Assembly: GCA_950097015.1 (NCBI GenBank)
Contig: CATNEN010000001.1
Span: 24,180,001-24,244,000, forward strand
Length of the DNA: 64,000 nucleotides
DNA from: Macrostomum hystrix
Taxonomy: Eukaryota > Animalia > Platyhelminthes
Direction of reading: 5' to 3'
Position 1 is the stretch's first letter. Every line of letters begins with the position of its first letter. Below the pieces are notes generated by a model. That model was not told the origin of the DNA and did not search any database. It saw nothing but the letters and a program-made list of their open reading frames with translations. A program made the translations under genes and the position numbers. Below are positions 1-12,700 of this stretch, one piece after another.

Positions 1-767
1 CAGCAGACAGCGGGGCACGGTTTCCTGGATCATGTCCGTGATGGAGTTTCTGCCCAGCCCTGGCTGAGGCATGACAATGCGGCCAGGGTCGTGCAGATGG
101 CACTGGGACTGATGCAACTGCTGCTGCTGCTGCTGCTGTTGCAACTGCCGGAAACGCATCGGACTAGCTGGCGAATAGTAGCAGCTGGAGCAGCCGTTAC
201 CATGGAAACTGCCGCCAGATATGTGCATTGGATGGCCGTGTTGAAAGAAGCTGTGACTATCAATGTTGTTATTATGAATGTTGCTGTTGTTGTTGTTGCA
301 GTTGGCGCCATTGCCAGAGTAGATGCGAGCATAGTGCGAGGTGGTGCAGCAGGAGTAGAAGAACAGACCGACCCCACAGAGCAGCAGGATGGTGCCAGCA
401 GCCAAGGTGGCTCTATGCCCGCTGACCAAGGCCGCCCAGCCCGTGAGGCCGGCGCCAACTGCCAGGCAGGCCAGGATGAGGCAGATGAGGCTGGCGAACA
501 ATGCCCTGCGGCATTCTGTGGCGCTGCAGAGACGACGGACGCGGCCGCCACCGCCTCGACGGGGCAGCTTCCTTCGGCGCTGCTGCTGTTTGTAGGGAAA
601 GTGGGCCTCAAGGCTGCTGGTCTGCTGCGGCTGCGGGATGCTGATTCTGTCGCACTCGATGATGACATCCTGCTGGAGCTGGTGCTGCTGATGCTGCAGG
701 TGCTGCTGCTGCGGCTGACGAGGATAATTTGGATGCAGCTGCTGTAGCTGATGCGGCGCCGGCGACA

Positions 768-806
<39 letters not shown>

Positions 807-891
807 ACTGCGGCAGATCCGGCGGCGGGAAAGGAAACTTGGTGCCAACGTGGGCGTCCTTCATGGAGCCCTGGGGCTGCAGACGCATCAT
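1..891 (-). CDS. Gln-rich protein with two adjacent transmembrane segments (3'-partial; runs off window)
   Basis: Manual translation of the third minus frame, absent from the ORF track because no stop lies in the window. ATG at 891 follows an in-frame TAG at 912-910. Reads MMRLQPQGSMKDAHVGTKFPFPPPDLPQYQ12...RRALFASLICLILACLAVGAGLTGWAALVSGHRATLAAGTILLLCGVGLFFYSCC...QQQQQQQ...PRCLL, open for 297 codons. Confidence 0.65.
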
Positions 892-2387
892 TGCTGGCAG
901 GGCTGGAGGCTATGGACGGCGGTGCTGAACTGGGCCGGGCGAGAGGGCTGGCGAGCCGCTGAGGACAGAACTTTATCCGACCGCCCTCTCTCGTCCCCTG
1001 CTTTGTGTCCTTGTGTCTCACTCCCTCCCTGTCTCTCTCCGGGTGCGTGTCTCCAACGGGCCGAGATTATCCCTAGCCTGATTGGTCCGTTTGGCGATGG
1101 GATCTATCGGCGGTTTGTGACCGGGGGGGGGGATTCCGCAGCGGGGCTGCCCTGGCTGCATGACGGCTGCTAACCTGCTCTGCGGCAGTTTCTTCTTTTT
1201 TCACAAACAGCCGCCATTCACACAGGCACACAATGGGCCTTCAGCATTGCTGAGCTGAGCGATACCGGTCTGCAAATCCTGATGCTTGAATTTTAAGATT
1301 TCATCGGATAGGGAGGGATAAAAATGTATTGGGAGTGAGGAAAAAAGTCCCCCCGACTGGCTAGGAAGGAGTGGGATGTGAAGTGGGTGGGGATAAAAGG
1401 TATACTAAAGAATCCCTGGGAAGCAAGAAGTAAAATGAAATTTGCTTCTGCAAGCCGCCGGCCTTCCAATATCCCTTTTTAGACATCTCCCTACGAGTGG
1501 CGCCACTCCAGAGGTCGCTGGGAGCTCAAGTCGCTTGAAAGCGTAATCCCTTTTCTGAGAGTCGGAAAAGACGGCATGACAGAGCACGAAGGGAAAAGGA
1601 TTTGGGATTATTTCGACACTCTGGGAGAAGTTCGATAGTTTCGTTTAGTCGTCGAAATCTTCGATTGGAGAGACTTTGAGCAGCTGGGCATTGATTTGCT
1701 CAAATCTCAACTCCATTAGTAAATTTCCAGGCCTGGCCACAAAGAGACCACGCCAGGATTCTGAAAAGGGGATAATTATCCTGTCTTAGGGTGTAAATTA
1801 AAGTTAATTAAAAATGAGGATTTTGAGTGCAGAATCTGTCAAAGACAAACTGTGCATTATCCCATATCTCCGCACTAAACTGACTCATCGGAGATGATCG
1901 TTGGCTTTGATAAGTGTACTTTTTTTCGCTTGGAAGCAAATAGGCCTAACTCAAGCCATTGGTGCACAGACTGATTTGCATCTGCTCGACCTCCTTCACA
2001 CCTCCATCCCACCCCTCTCCCTGTCACTCAGCGCCGCTTCCTTTTTTTCTCACTTGAGTCTACTTGAGCAGGCGTTGAAATACTCACTTTTAGATGACGC
2101 GATGCAAAAGTATACGAGCTAAATATAGGTGTCTTGCTGTAGACACTGTCCCGTTTCTCTTCACCTGGCACTCGGCGCTGCATGAAACCCATCGGGAAGG
2201 TCGAAGTGGAGCAACCGTGCGGAACCATCTTCTTTGTGCTGCGGCTGCCACTGCTGCGGGGGAGAGAATGCACTTTTGTGCCAAAGAGAGCTGGCAGTGA
2301 TTGCAAAACCTAAACAGCTGAAATCTAAGGGGTAAGGAGAGAGGAAAAGGATGAAAAAGAGATATAGTGAAAGAGATGAAGGAGACT

Positions 2388-5300
2388 CAGTGAGATGATG
2401 GGAGAGACAGTGAGATGAAGGGAGAGACAGTGAGATGAAGGGAGAGACAGTGAGATGAAGGGAGAGACAGCAAGAGATGAAGTGAGAGACAGTGAAATGA
2501 AGGGACAGGCACTGAGAGATGAAGGGAGAGACAGTGAGAGAGATGATGGGAGAGACAGTGAGAGAGATGATGGGAGAGACAGTGAGAGAGACAGTGGGAG
2601 AGACAGTGAGAGAGATGATAGGAGAGACAGTGAGAGAGATGAAGGGAGAGACAGTGAGAGAGATGATAGGAGAGACAGTGAGAGAGATGATGGGAGAGAC
2701 AGTGAGAGAGATGATGGGAGAGACAGTGAGAGAGATGATGGGAGAGACAGTGAGAGAGATGATGGGAGAGACAGTGAGAGAGACAGTGAGAGAGATGATG
2801 GGAGAGACAGTGAGAGAGACAGTGAGAGAGATGATGGGAGAGACAGTGAGAGAGATGAAGGGAGAGACAGTGAGAGAGATAATAGGAGAGACAGTGAGAG
2901 AGACAGTGAGAGAGATGATGGGAGAGACAGTGAGAGAGACAGTGGGAGAGACAGTGAGAGAGATGATAGGAGAGACAGTGAGAGAGATGAAGGGAGAGAC
3001 AGTGAGAGAGATGATAGGAGAGACAGTGAGAGAGATGATGGGAGAGACAGTGAGAGAGATGATGGGAGAGACAGTGAGAGAGATGAAGGGAGAGACAGTG
3101 AGAGAGATGATGGGAGAGACAGTGAGAGAGACAGTGAGAGAGATGATGGGAGAGACAGTGAGAGAGATGAAGGGAGAGACAGTGAGAGAGATAATAGGAG
3201 AGACAGTGAGAGAGACAGTGAGAGAGATGATGGGAGAGACAGTGAGAGAGACAGTGGGAGAGACAGTGAGAGAGATGATAGGAGAGACAGTGAGAGAGAT
3301 GAAGGGAGAGACAGTGAGAGAGATGATAGGAGAGACAGTGAGAGAGACAGTGAGAGAGATGATGGGAGAGACAGTGAAAGAGACAGTGGGAGAGACAGTG
3401 AGAGAGATGATAGGAGAGACAGTGAGAGAGATGATGGGAGAGACAGTGAGAGAGATGATGGGAGAGACAGTGAGAGAGATGAAGGGAGAGACAGTGAGAG
3501 AGATGATGGGAGAGACAGTGAGAGAGACAGTGAGAGAGATGATGGGAGAGACAGTGAGAGAGATGAAGGGAGAGACAGTGAGAGAGATAATAGGAGAGAC
3601 AGTGAGAGAGACAGTGAGAGAGATGATGGGAGAGACAGTGAGAGAGACAGTGGGAGAGACAGTGAGAGAGATGATGGGAGAGACAGTGAGAGAGACAGTG
3701 AGAGAGATGATGGGAGAGACAGTGAGAGAGATGAAGGGAGAGACAGTGAGAGAGATAATAGGAGAGACAGTGAGAGAGACAGTGAGAGAGATGATGGGAG
3801 AGACAGTGAGAGAGACAGTGGGAGAGACAGTGAGAGAGATGATAGGAGAGACAGTGAGAGAGATGATAGGAGAGACAGTGAGAGAGATGATGGGAGAGAC
3901 AGTGAGAGAGATGATGGGAGAGACAGTGAGAGAGATGAAGGGAGAGACAGTGAGAGAGATGATAGGAGAGACAGTGAGAGAGATGATGGGAGAGACAGTG
4001 AGAGAGATAATGGGAGAGAAAGTGAGAGAGATGATGGGAGAGACAGTGAGAGAGACAGTGAGAGAGATGATGGGAGAGACAGTGAGAGAGACAGTGGGAG
4101 AGACAGTGAGAGAGATGATAGGAGAGACAGTGAGAGAGACAGTGAGAGAGATGATGGGAGAGACAGTGAGAGAGATGAAGGGAGAGACAGTGAGAGAGAT
4201 GATAGGAGAGACAGTGAGAGAGACAGTGAGAGAGATGATAGGAGAGACAGTGAGAGAGATGATGGGAGAGACAGTGGGAGAGATGATAGGAGAGACATTG
4301 GGAGAGACAGTGAGAGAGATGATGGGAGAGACAGTGAGAGAGATGATGGGAGAGACAGTGAGAGAGATGAAGGGAGAGACAGTGAGATGAAGGGAAAGAC
4401 AGTGAAATGAAGGGAGAGACAGCAAGAGATGAAGGGACAGGCACTGAGAGATGATGGGAGAGACAGTGAGAGAGATGAAGGGAGAGACAGTGAGAGAGAT
4501 GATAGGAGAGACAGTGAGAGAGACAGTGAGAGAGATGATAGGAGAGACAGTGAGAGAGATGATGGGAGAGACAGTGGGAGAGATGATAGGAGAGACATTG
4601 GGAGAGACAGTGAGAGAGATGATAGGAGAGACAGTGAGAGAGATGATGGGAGAGACAGTGAGAGAGATGATGGGAGAGACAGTGAGAGAGATGAAGGGAG
4701 AGACAGTGAGAGAGATGATAGGAGAGACAGTGAGAGAGACAGTGAGAGAGATGATGGGAGAGACAGTGAGAGAGACAGTGAGAGAGATGATGGGAGAGAC
4801 AGTGAGAGAGATGATGGGAGAGACAAGTGAGAGAGATGAAGGGAGAGACAGTGAGATGAAGGGAGAGACAGTGAGAGAGATGAAGGGAGAGACAGTGAGA
4901 GAGATGAAGGGAGAGACAGTGAGAGAGATGAAGGCAGAGACAGTGAGAGAGACAGACAGTGAGAGAGACAGTGAGAGAGATGAAGGCAGAGACAGTGAGA
5001 GAGACAGACAGTGAGAGAGACAGTGAGAGAGATGATGGGAGAGACAGTGAGAGAGACAGTGAGAGAGATGATGGGAGAGAAAGTGAGAGAGATGAAGGCA
5101 GAGACAGTGAGAGAGATGAAGGGAGAGACAGTGAGATGAAGGCAGAGACAGTGAGAGAGATGATGGGAGAGACAGTGAGATGAAGGGAGAGACAGTGAGA
5201 TGAAGGGAGAGACAGTGAGATGAAGGGAAAGACAGTGAAATGAAGGGAGAGACAGCAAGAGATGAAGGGACAGGCACTGAGAGATGATGGGAGAGACAGT

Positions 5301-6943
5301 GAGAGAGATGAAGGGAGAGACAGTGAGAGAGACAGTGAGAGAGACAGTGAGAGAGATGAAGGGAGAGACAGTGAGAGAGATGATGGGAGAGACAGTGAGA
5401 GAGATGATGGGAGAGACAGTGAGAGAGATGATGGGAGAGACAAGTGAGAGAGATGATGGGAGAGACAGTGAGAGAGACAGACAGTGAGAGAGACAGTGAG
5501 AGAGATGATGGGAGAGACAGTGAGAGAGACAGTGGGAGAGACAGTGAGAGAGATGATAGGAGAGACAGTGAGAGAGATGATGGGAGAGACAGTGAGAGAG
5601 ATGATGGGAGAGACAGTGAGAGAGATGATGGGAGAGACAGTGAGAGAGATGATGGGAGAGACAAGTGAGAGAGATGATGGGAGAGACAGTGAGAGAGACA
5701 GACAGTGAGAGAGACAGTGAGAGAGATGATGGGAGAGACAGTGAGAGAGACAGTGAGAGAGATGATGGGAGAGAAAGTGAGAGAGATGAAGGCAGAGACA
5801 GTGAGAGAGATGAAGGGAGAGACAGTGAGAGAGATGATGGGAGAGACAGTGAGAGAGACAGACAGTGAGAGAGACAGTGAGAGAGATGATGGGAGAGACA
5901 GTGAGAGAGACAGTGAGAGAGATGATGGGAGAGACAGTGAGAGAGATGATGGGAGAGACAAGTGAGAGAGATGATGGGAGAGACAGTGAGAGAGATGATG
6001 GGAGAGACAAGTGAGAGAGATGATGGGAGAGACAGTGAGAGAGACAGACAGTGAGAGAGACAGTGAGAGAGATGATGGGAGAGACAGTGAGAGAGACAGT
6101 GAGAGAGATGATGGGAGAGAAAGTGAGAGAGATGAAGGCAGAGACAGTGAGAGAGATGAAGGGAGAGACAGTGAGATGAAGGGAGAGACAGTGAGAGAGA
6201 TGAAGGGAGAGACAGTGAGAGAGATGAAGGGAGAGACAGTGAGATGAAGGGAGAGACAGTGAGAGAGATGAAGGCAGAGACAGTGAGAGAGATGAAGGGA
6301 GAGACAGTGAGATGAAGGGAGAGACAGTGAGAGAGATGAAGGCAGAGACAGTGAGAGAGATGAAGGGAGAGACAGTGAGATGAAGGGAGAGACAGTGAGA
6401 GAGATGAAGGCAGAGACAGTGAGAGAGACAGTGAGAGAGATGAAGGGAGAGACAGTGAGATGAAGGGAGAGACAGTGAGAGAGATGAAGGCAGAGACAGT
6501 GAGAGAGATGAAGGGAGAGACAGTGAGATGAAGGGAGAGACAGTGAGAGAGATGAAGGGAGAGACAGTGAGATGAAGGGAGAGACAGTGAGAGAGATGAA
6601 GGGAGAGACAGTGAGATGAAGGGAGAGACAGTGAGAGAGATGAAGGCAGAGACAGTGAGAGAGACAGTGAGAGAGATGAAGGGAGAGACAGTGAGATGAA
6701 GGGAGAGACAGTGAGAGAGATGAAGGCAGAGACAGTGAGAGAGATGAAGGGAGAGACAGTGAGATGAAGGGAGAGACAGTGAGAGAGATGAAGGGAGAGA
6801 CAGTGAGATGAAGGGAGAGACAGTGAGAGAGATGAAGGGAGAGACAGTGAGATGAAGGGAGAGACAGTGAGAGAGATGAAGGGAGAGACAGTGAGATGAA
6901 GGGAGAGACAGTGAGAGAGATGAAGGGAGAGACAGTGAGAGAG
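2388..6943 (+). repeat. Purine-rich minisatellite (24/20/12-bp units, GAGAGATGATGGGAGAGACAGTGA)
   Basis: Direct tandem repetition over ~4.5 kb. Confidence 0.97.
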
Positions 6944-7508
6944 AAAGGAGAGGAAGTAATAGGATTGAAGAGTCTGTGGATCACTGCGGTATAATTTCAG
7001 TGTCTCATACACAGTGGGTGGGGAATTTCTGAGTCGGAAAAGGAAAAGGAGACTGAGAGCGAGAATAAATCCCAGATCCCTAATCCCCAGCCCTGTAACA
7101 AAACGTTAGCGGCTTATCTGTGCGAGATGAGAATTTATTTTAAAACTTTTCAGCCGACATTCCCGCAAAGCCGTGACGCCCGGGCATGAAAGTTTGTTAC
7201 ATCATTTTCAGACCGAACTCGGGGGGGCATCGAATGACGCGCCTGTTGCTCCTCTTTTCCAGAGTCTAGAATCCCGCTCATCACCAACCGATAAGGCCGC
7301 CCGCCGCTACATCCCCAGGGGATCGGATTCCTCACCCAGCTAAACAGAAACTGGGGCATGGGACTGAGAAGCTACACGGAGATTTGCTGAGTACAAAGGC
7401 GTGTCTAACCGCCGCCCACTCGCTCGCGTACTTTCTTGCGCTTCTCTCGTGTCTTCTGCTAATTTTTCTGTCACTTTCCCGCGCCTTCGGATACTCGCCG
7501 TTTTACTC

Positions 7509-8150
7509 TAGCCTAGTGGTTAGAGCGTCGGACTCACGACTCGAGGGTCGGGGGTTCGATTACCAACTCGAGGGACGTGGGTTCGATTCCCAACTCCAGG
7601 GACGGGGGTTCGATTCCTAACTCGAGGGACGGGGGTTCGATTCCCAACTCCAGGGACGGGGGTTCGACTCCTAACTCGAGGGTTTTTTAACTCGAGGGGC
7701 AGGGGTTCGATTCCTAACTTCGAGGGACGGGGGTTCGAATCACGACTCGAGGGACAGGGTTCGATTCCCACCTCGAGGGACGGGGGTTCGATTCCCGACT
7801 CCAGGGACGGGGGTTCGATTCCTAACTCGAGGGACGGGGGTTCGATTCCCAACTCCAGGGACGGGGGTTCGACTCCTAACTCGAGGGACGGGGGTTCGAT
7901 TCCCAACTCCAGGGACGGGGGTTCGACTCCTAACTCGAGGGATGGGGGTTCGATTCCTAACTCGAGGGACGGGGGTTCGATTCCCAACTCCAGGGACGGG
8001 GGTTCGATTCCCAACTCCAGGGACGGGGGTTCGATTCCTAACTCGAGGGACGGGGGTTCGATTCCCGACTCAAAGGTTTTTTAACTCGAGGGACTGGGAT
8101 TCGATTTTCACACTGGGGAGTGTGGTATCACCTCTGTGCATTGTATTAGG
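7509..8150 (+). mobile_element. tRNA-derived SINE head with internally amplified 27-bp T-arm/B-box array
   Basis: A-box-like TAGCCTAGTGGTTAGAGCG and anticodon-arm-like TCGGA-CTCACGA-CTCGA, then ~19 copies of AACTC(G/C)AGGGACGGGGGTTCGATTCC(T/C). The same head occurs unamplified at 43010-43053 (-). Confidence 0.8.
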
Positions 8151-9733
8151 GCAGATATAATCACTAGTTTTTACCTTAATTTAAGAATCTAAATTCGTTC
8201 GTATCGACTATAAAAATTCAGATCCTTCTGCTAATTTTAAGGCACCGCTGAAAATTCTGCCAATATTGGCCCTCTCATTTTCTTCCCCACATTCTCACTT
8301 GCCAATTTGCCTGTATGGAATCAGAGGCAAGTGAGAAGGCTGGGTAGACAGCAAATCAATCATTTGCTGAGAGAGGGTAGAGAAACAGAGCCAGAGATTG
8401 GCTATCATTATTGATGGCTTTTGCCCAACCCTGGCTCATAATTTTTATGTCGGAAATAGCATTGCTACCATATGCGGATTTTCAGCCCTCTTTCATATCG
8501 CTCAGCTTGTCTAACCTTTGTTTACATTTGCGTTGCGATTGATCTGCCTGATGGTTTGCACTTTTAACGACTGGCTATATAGCTGACCAATTTGTACAAG
8601 AGGTGTTAACAACTGTCCACTCCACTTATCTCTCCCGTATCTCATCTCTCCCGTATCTCATCTATCCCGTGTCTCATCTCTCCCCTGTCTCATCTCTCCC
8701 GTATCTCATCTCTCCCGTGGGGATAAAAGTGGGTGGGGATAAAAGGTATACTAAAGAATCCCTGGGAAGCAAGAAGTAAAATGAAATTTGCTTCTGCAAG
8801 CCGCCGGCCTTCCAATATCCCTTTTTAGACATCTCCCTACGAGTGGCGCCACTCCAGAGGTCGCTGGGAGCTCAAGTCGCTTGAAAGCGTAATCCCTTTT
8901 CTGAGAGTCGGAAAAGACGGCATGACAGAGCACGAAGGGAAAAGGATTTGGGATTATTTCGACACTCTGGGAGAAGTTCGATAGTTTCGTTTAGTCGTCG
9001 AAATCTTCGATTGGAGAGACTTTGAGCAGCTGGGCATTGATTTGCTCAAATCTCAACTCCATTAGTAAATTTCCAGGCCTGGCCACAAAGAGACCACGCC
9101 AGGATTCTGAAAAGGGGATAATTATCCTGTCTTAGGGTGTAAATTAAAGTTAATTAAAAATGAGGATTTTGAGTGCAGAATCTGTCAAAGACAAACTGTG
9201 CATTATCCCATATCTCCGCACTAAACTGACTCATCGGAGATGATCGTTGGCTTTGATAAGTGTACTTTTTTTCGCTTGGAAGCAAATAGGCCTAACTCAA
9301 GCCATTGGTGCACAGACTGATTTGCATCTGCTCGACCTCCTTCACACCTCCATCCCACCCCTCTCCCTGTCACTCAGCGCCGCTTCCTTTTTTTCTCACT
9401 TGAGTCTACTTGAGCAGGCGTTGAAATACTCACTTTTAGATGACGCGATGCAAAAGTATACGAGCTAAATATAGGTGTCTTGCTGTAGACACTGTCCCGT
9501 TTCTCTTCACCTGGCACTCGGCGCTGCATGAAACCCATCGGGAAGGTCGAAGTGGAGCAACCGTGCGGAACCATCTTCTTTGTGCTGCGGCTGCCACTGC
9601 TGCGGGGGAGAGAATGCACTTTTGTGCCAAAGAGAGCTGGCAGTGATTGCAAAACCTAAACAGCTGAAATCTAAGGGGTAAGGAGAGAGGAAAAGGATGA
9701 AAAAGAGATATAGTGAAAGAGATGAAGGAGACT

Positions 9734-12700
9734 CAGTGAGATGATGGGAGAGACAGTGAGATGAAGGGAGAGACAGTGAGATGAAGGGAGAGACAGTGAG
9801 ATGAAGGGAGAGACAGCAAGAGATGAAGTGAGAGACAGTGAAATGAAGGGACAGGCACTGAGAGATGAAGGGAGAGACAGTGAGAGAGATGATGGGAGAG
9901 ACAGTGAGAGAGATGATGGGAGAGACAGTGAGAGAGACAGTGGGAGAGACAGTGAGAGAGATGATAGGAGAGACAGTGAGAGAGATGAAGGGAGAGACAG
10001 TGAGAGAGATGATAGGAGAGACAGTGAGAGAGATGATGGGAGAGACAGTGAGAGAGATGATGGGAGAGACAGTGAGAGAGATGATGGGAGAGACAGTGAG
10101 AGAGATGATGGGAGAGACAGTGAGAGAGACAGTGAGAGAGATGATGGGAGAGACAGTGAGAGAGACAGTGAGAGAGATGATGGGAGAGACAGTGAGAGAG
10201 ATGAAGGGAGAGACAGTGAGAGAGATAATAGGAGAGACAGTGAGAGAGACAGTGAGAGAGATGATGGGAGAGACAGTGAGAGAGACAGTGGGAGAGACAG
10301 TGAGAGAGATGATAGGAGAGACAGTGAGAGAGATGAAGGGAGAGACAGTGAGAGAGATGATAGGAGAGACAGTGAGAGAGATGATGGGAGAGACAGTGAG
10401 AGAGATGATGGGAGAGACAGTGAGAGAGATGAAGGGAGAGACAGTGAGAGAGATGATGGGAGAGACAGTGAGAGAGACAGTGAGAGAGATGATGGGAGAG
10501 ACAGTGAGAGAGATGAAGGGAGAGACAGTGAGAGAGATAATAGGAGAGACAGTGAGAGAGACAGTGAGAGAGATGATGGGAGAGACAGTGAGAGAGACAG
10601 TGGGAGAGACAGTGAGAGAGATGATAGGAGAGACAGTGAGAGAGATGAAGGGAGAGACAGTGAGAGAGATGATAGGAGAGACAGTGAGAGAGACAGTGAG
10701 AGAGATGATGGGAGAGACAGTGAAAGAGACAGTGGGAGAGACAGTGAGAGAGATGATAGGAGAGACAGTGAGAGAGATGATGGGAGAGACAGTGAGAGAG
10801 ATGATGGGAGAGACAGTGAGAGAGATGAAGGGAGAGACAGTGAGAGAGATGATGGGAGAGACAGTGAGAGAGACAGTGAGAGAGATGATGGGAGAGACAG
10901 TGAGAGAGATGAAGGGAGAGACAGTGAGAGAGATAATAGGAGAGACAGTGAGAGAGACAGTGAGAGAGATGATGGGAGAGACAGTGAGAGAGACAGTGGG
11001 AGAGACAGTGAGAGAGATGATGGGAGAGACAGTGAGAGAGACAGTGAGAGAGATGATGGGAGAGACAGTGAGAGAGATGAAGGGAGAGACAGTGAGAGAG
11101 ATAATAGGAGAGACAGTGAGAGAGACAGTGAGAGAGATGATGGGAGAGACAGTGAGAGAGACAGTGGGAGAGACAGTGAGAGAGATGATAGGAGAGACAG
11201 TGAGAGAGATGATAGGAGAGACAGTGAGAGAGATGATGGGAGAGACAGTGAGAGAGATGATGGGAGAGACAGTGAGAGAGATGAAGGGAGAGACAGTGAG
11301 AGAGATGATAGGAGAGACAGTGAGAGAGATGATGGGAGAGACAGTGAGAGAGATAATGGGAGAGAAAGTGAGAGAGATGATGGGAGAGACAGTGAGAGAG
11401 ACAGTGAGAGAGATGATGGGAGAGACAGTGAGAGAGACAGTGGGAGAGACAGTGAGAGAGATGATAGGAGAGACAGTGAGAGAGACAGTGAGAGAGATGA
11501 TGGGAGAGACAGTGAGAGAGATGAAGGGAGAGACAGTGAGAGAGATGATAGGAGAGACAGTGAGAGAGACAGTGAGAGAGATGATAGGAGAGACAGTGAG
11601 AGAGATGATGGGAGAGACAGTGGGAGAGATGATAGGAGAGACATTGGGAGAGACAGTGAGAGAGATGATGGGAGAGACAGTGAGAGAGATGATGGGAGAG
11701 ACAGTGAGAGAGATGAAGGGAGAGACAGTGAGATGAAGGGAAAGACAGTGAAATGAAGGGAGAGACAGCAAGAGATGAAGGGACAGGCACTGAGAGATGA
11801 TGGGAGAGACAGTGAGAGAGATGAAGGGAGAGACAGTGAGAGAGATGATAGGAGAGACAGTGAGAGAGACAGTGAGAGAGATGATAGGAGAGACAGTGAG
11901 AGAGATGATGGGAGAGACAGTGGGAGAGATGATAGGAGAGACATTGGGAGAGACAGTGAGAGAGATGATAGGAGAGACAGTGAGAGAGATGATGGGAGAG
12001 ACAGTGAGAGAGATGATGGGAGAGACAGTGAGAGAGATGAAGGGAGAGACAGTGAGAGAGATGATAGGAGAGACAGTGAGAGAGACAGTGAGAGAGATGA
12101 TGGGAGAGACAGTGAGAGAGACAGTGAGAGAGATGATGGGAGAGACAGTGAGAGAGATGATGGGAGAGACAAGTGAGAGAGATGAAGGGAGAGACAGTGA
12201 GATGAAGGGAGAGACAGTGAGAGAGATGAAGGGAGAGACAGTGAGAGAGATGAAGGGAGAGACAGTGAGAGAGATGAAGGCAGAGACAGTGAGAGAGACA
12301 GACAGTGAGAGAGACAGTGAGAGAGATGAAGGCAGAGACAGTGAGAGAGACAGACAGTGAGAGAGACAGTGAGAGAGATGATGGGAGAGACAGTGAGAGA
12401 GACAGTGAGAGAGATGATGGGAGAGAAAGTGAGAGAGATGAAGGCAGAGACAGTGAGAGAGATGAAGGGAGAGACAGTGAGATGAAGGCAGAGACAGTGA
12501 GAGAGATGATGGGAGAGACAGTGAGATGAAGGGAGAGACAGTGAGATGAAGGGAGAGACAGTGAGATGAAGGGAAAGACAGTGAAATGAAGGGAGAGACA
12601 GCAAGAGATGAAGGGACAGGCACTGAGAGATGATGGGAGAGACAGTGAGAGAGATGAAGGGAGAGACAGTGAGAGAGACAGTGAGAGAGACAGTGAGAGA

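Larger units (their letters stand above)
1381..8719. repeat. 7.35-kb tandem segmental duplication, copy 1
   Basis: Matches 8727-16089 at offset 7346 (ORF 1405/8751) and at 7370 after a 24-bp indel (ORF 7150/14520). Confidence 0.95.

Noticed and set aside
30-1173. Listed ORFs 30-848, 91-747, 608-1021 and 751-1173
   Set aside because: Alternative-frame or antisense readings of the CAG-rich gene at 1-891.
7509-7564. tRNA-Val(CAC) gene
   Set aside because: No acceptor stem and an imperfect anticodon stem; the same head precedes CORE-like sequence elsewhere, so it is a SINE.
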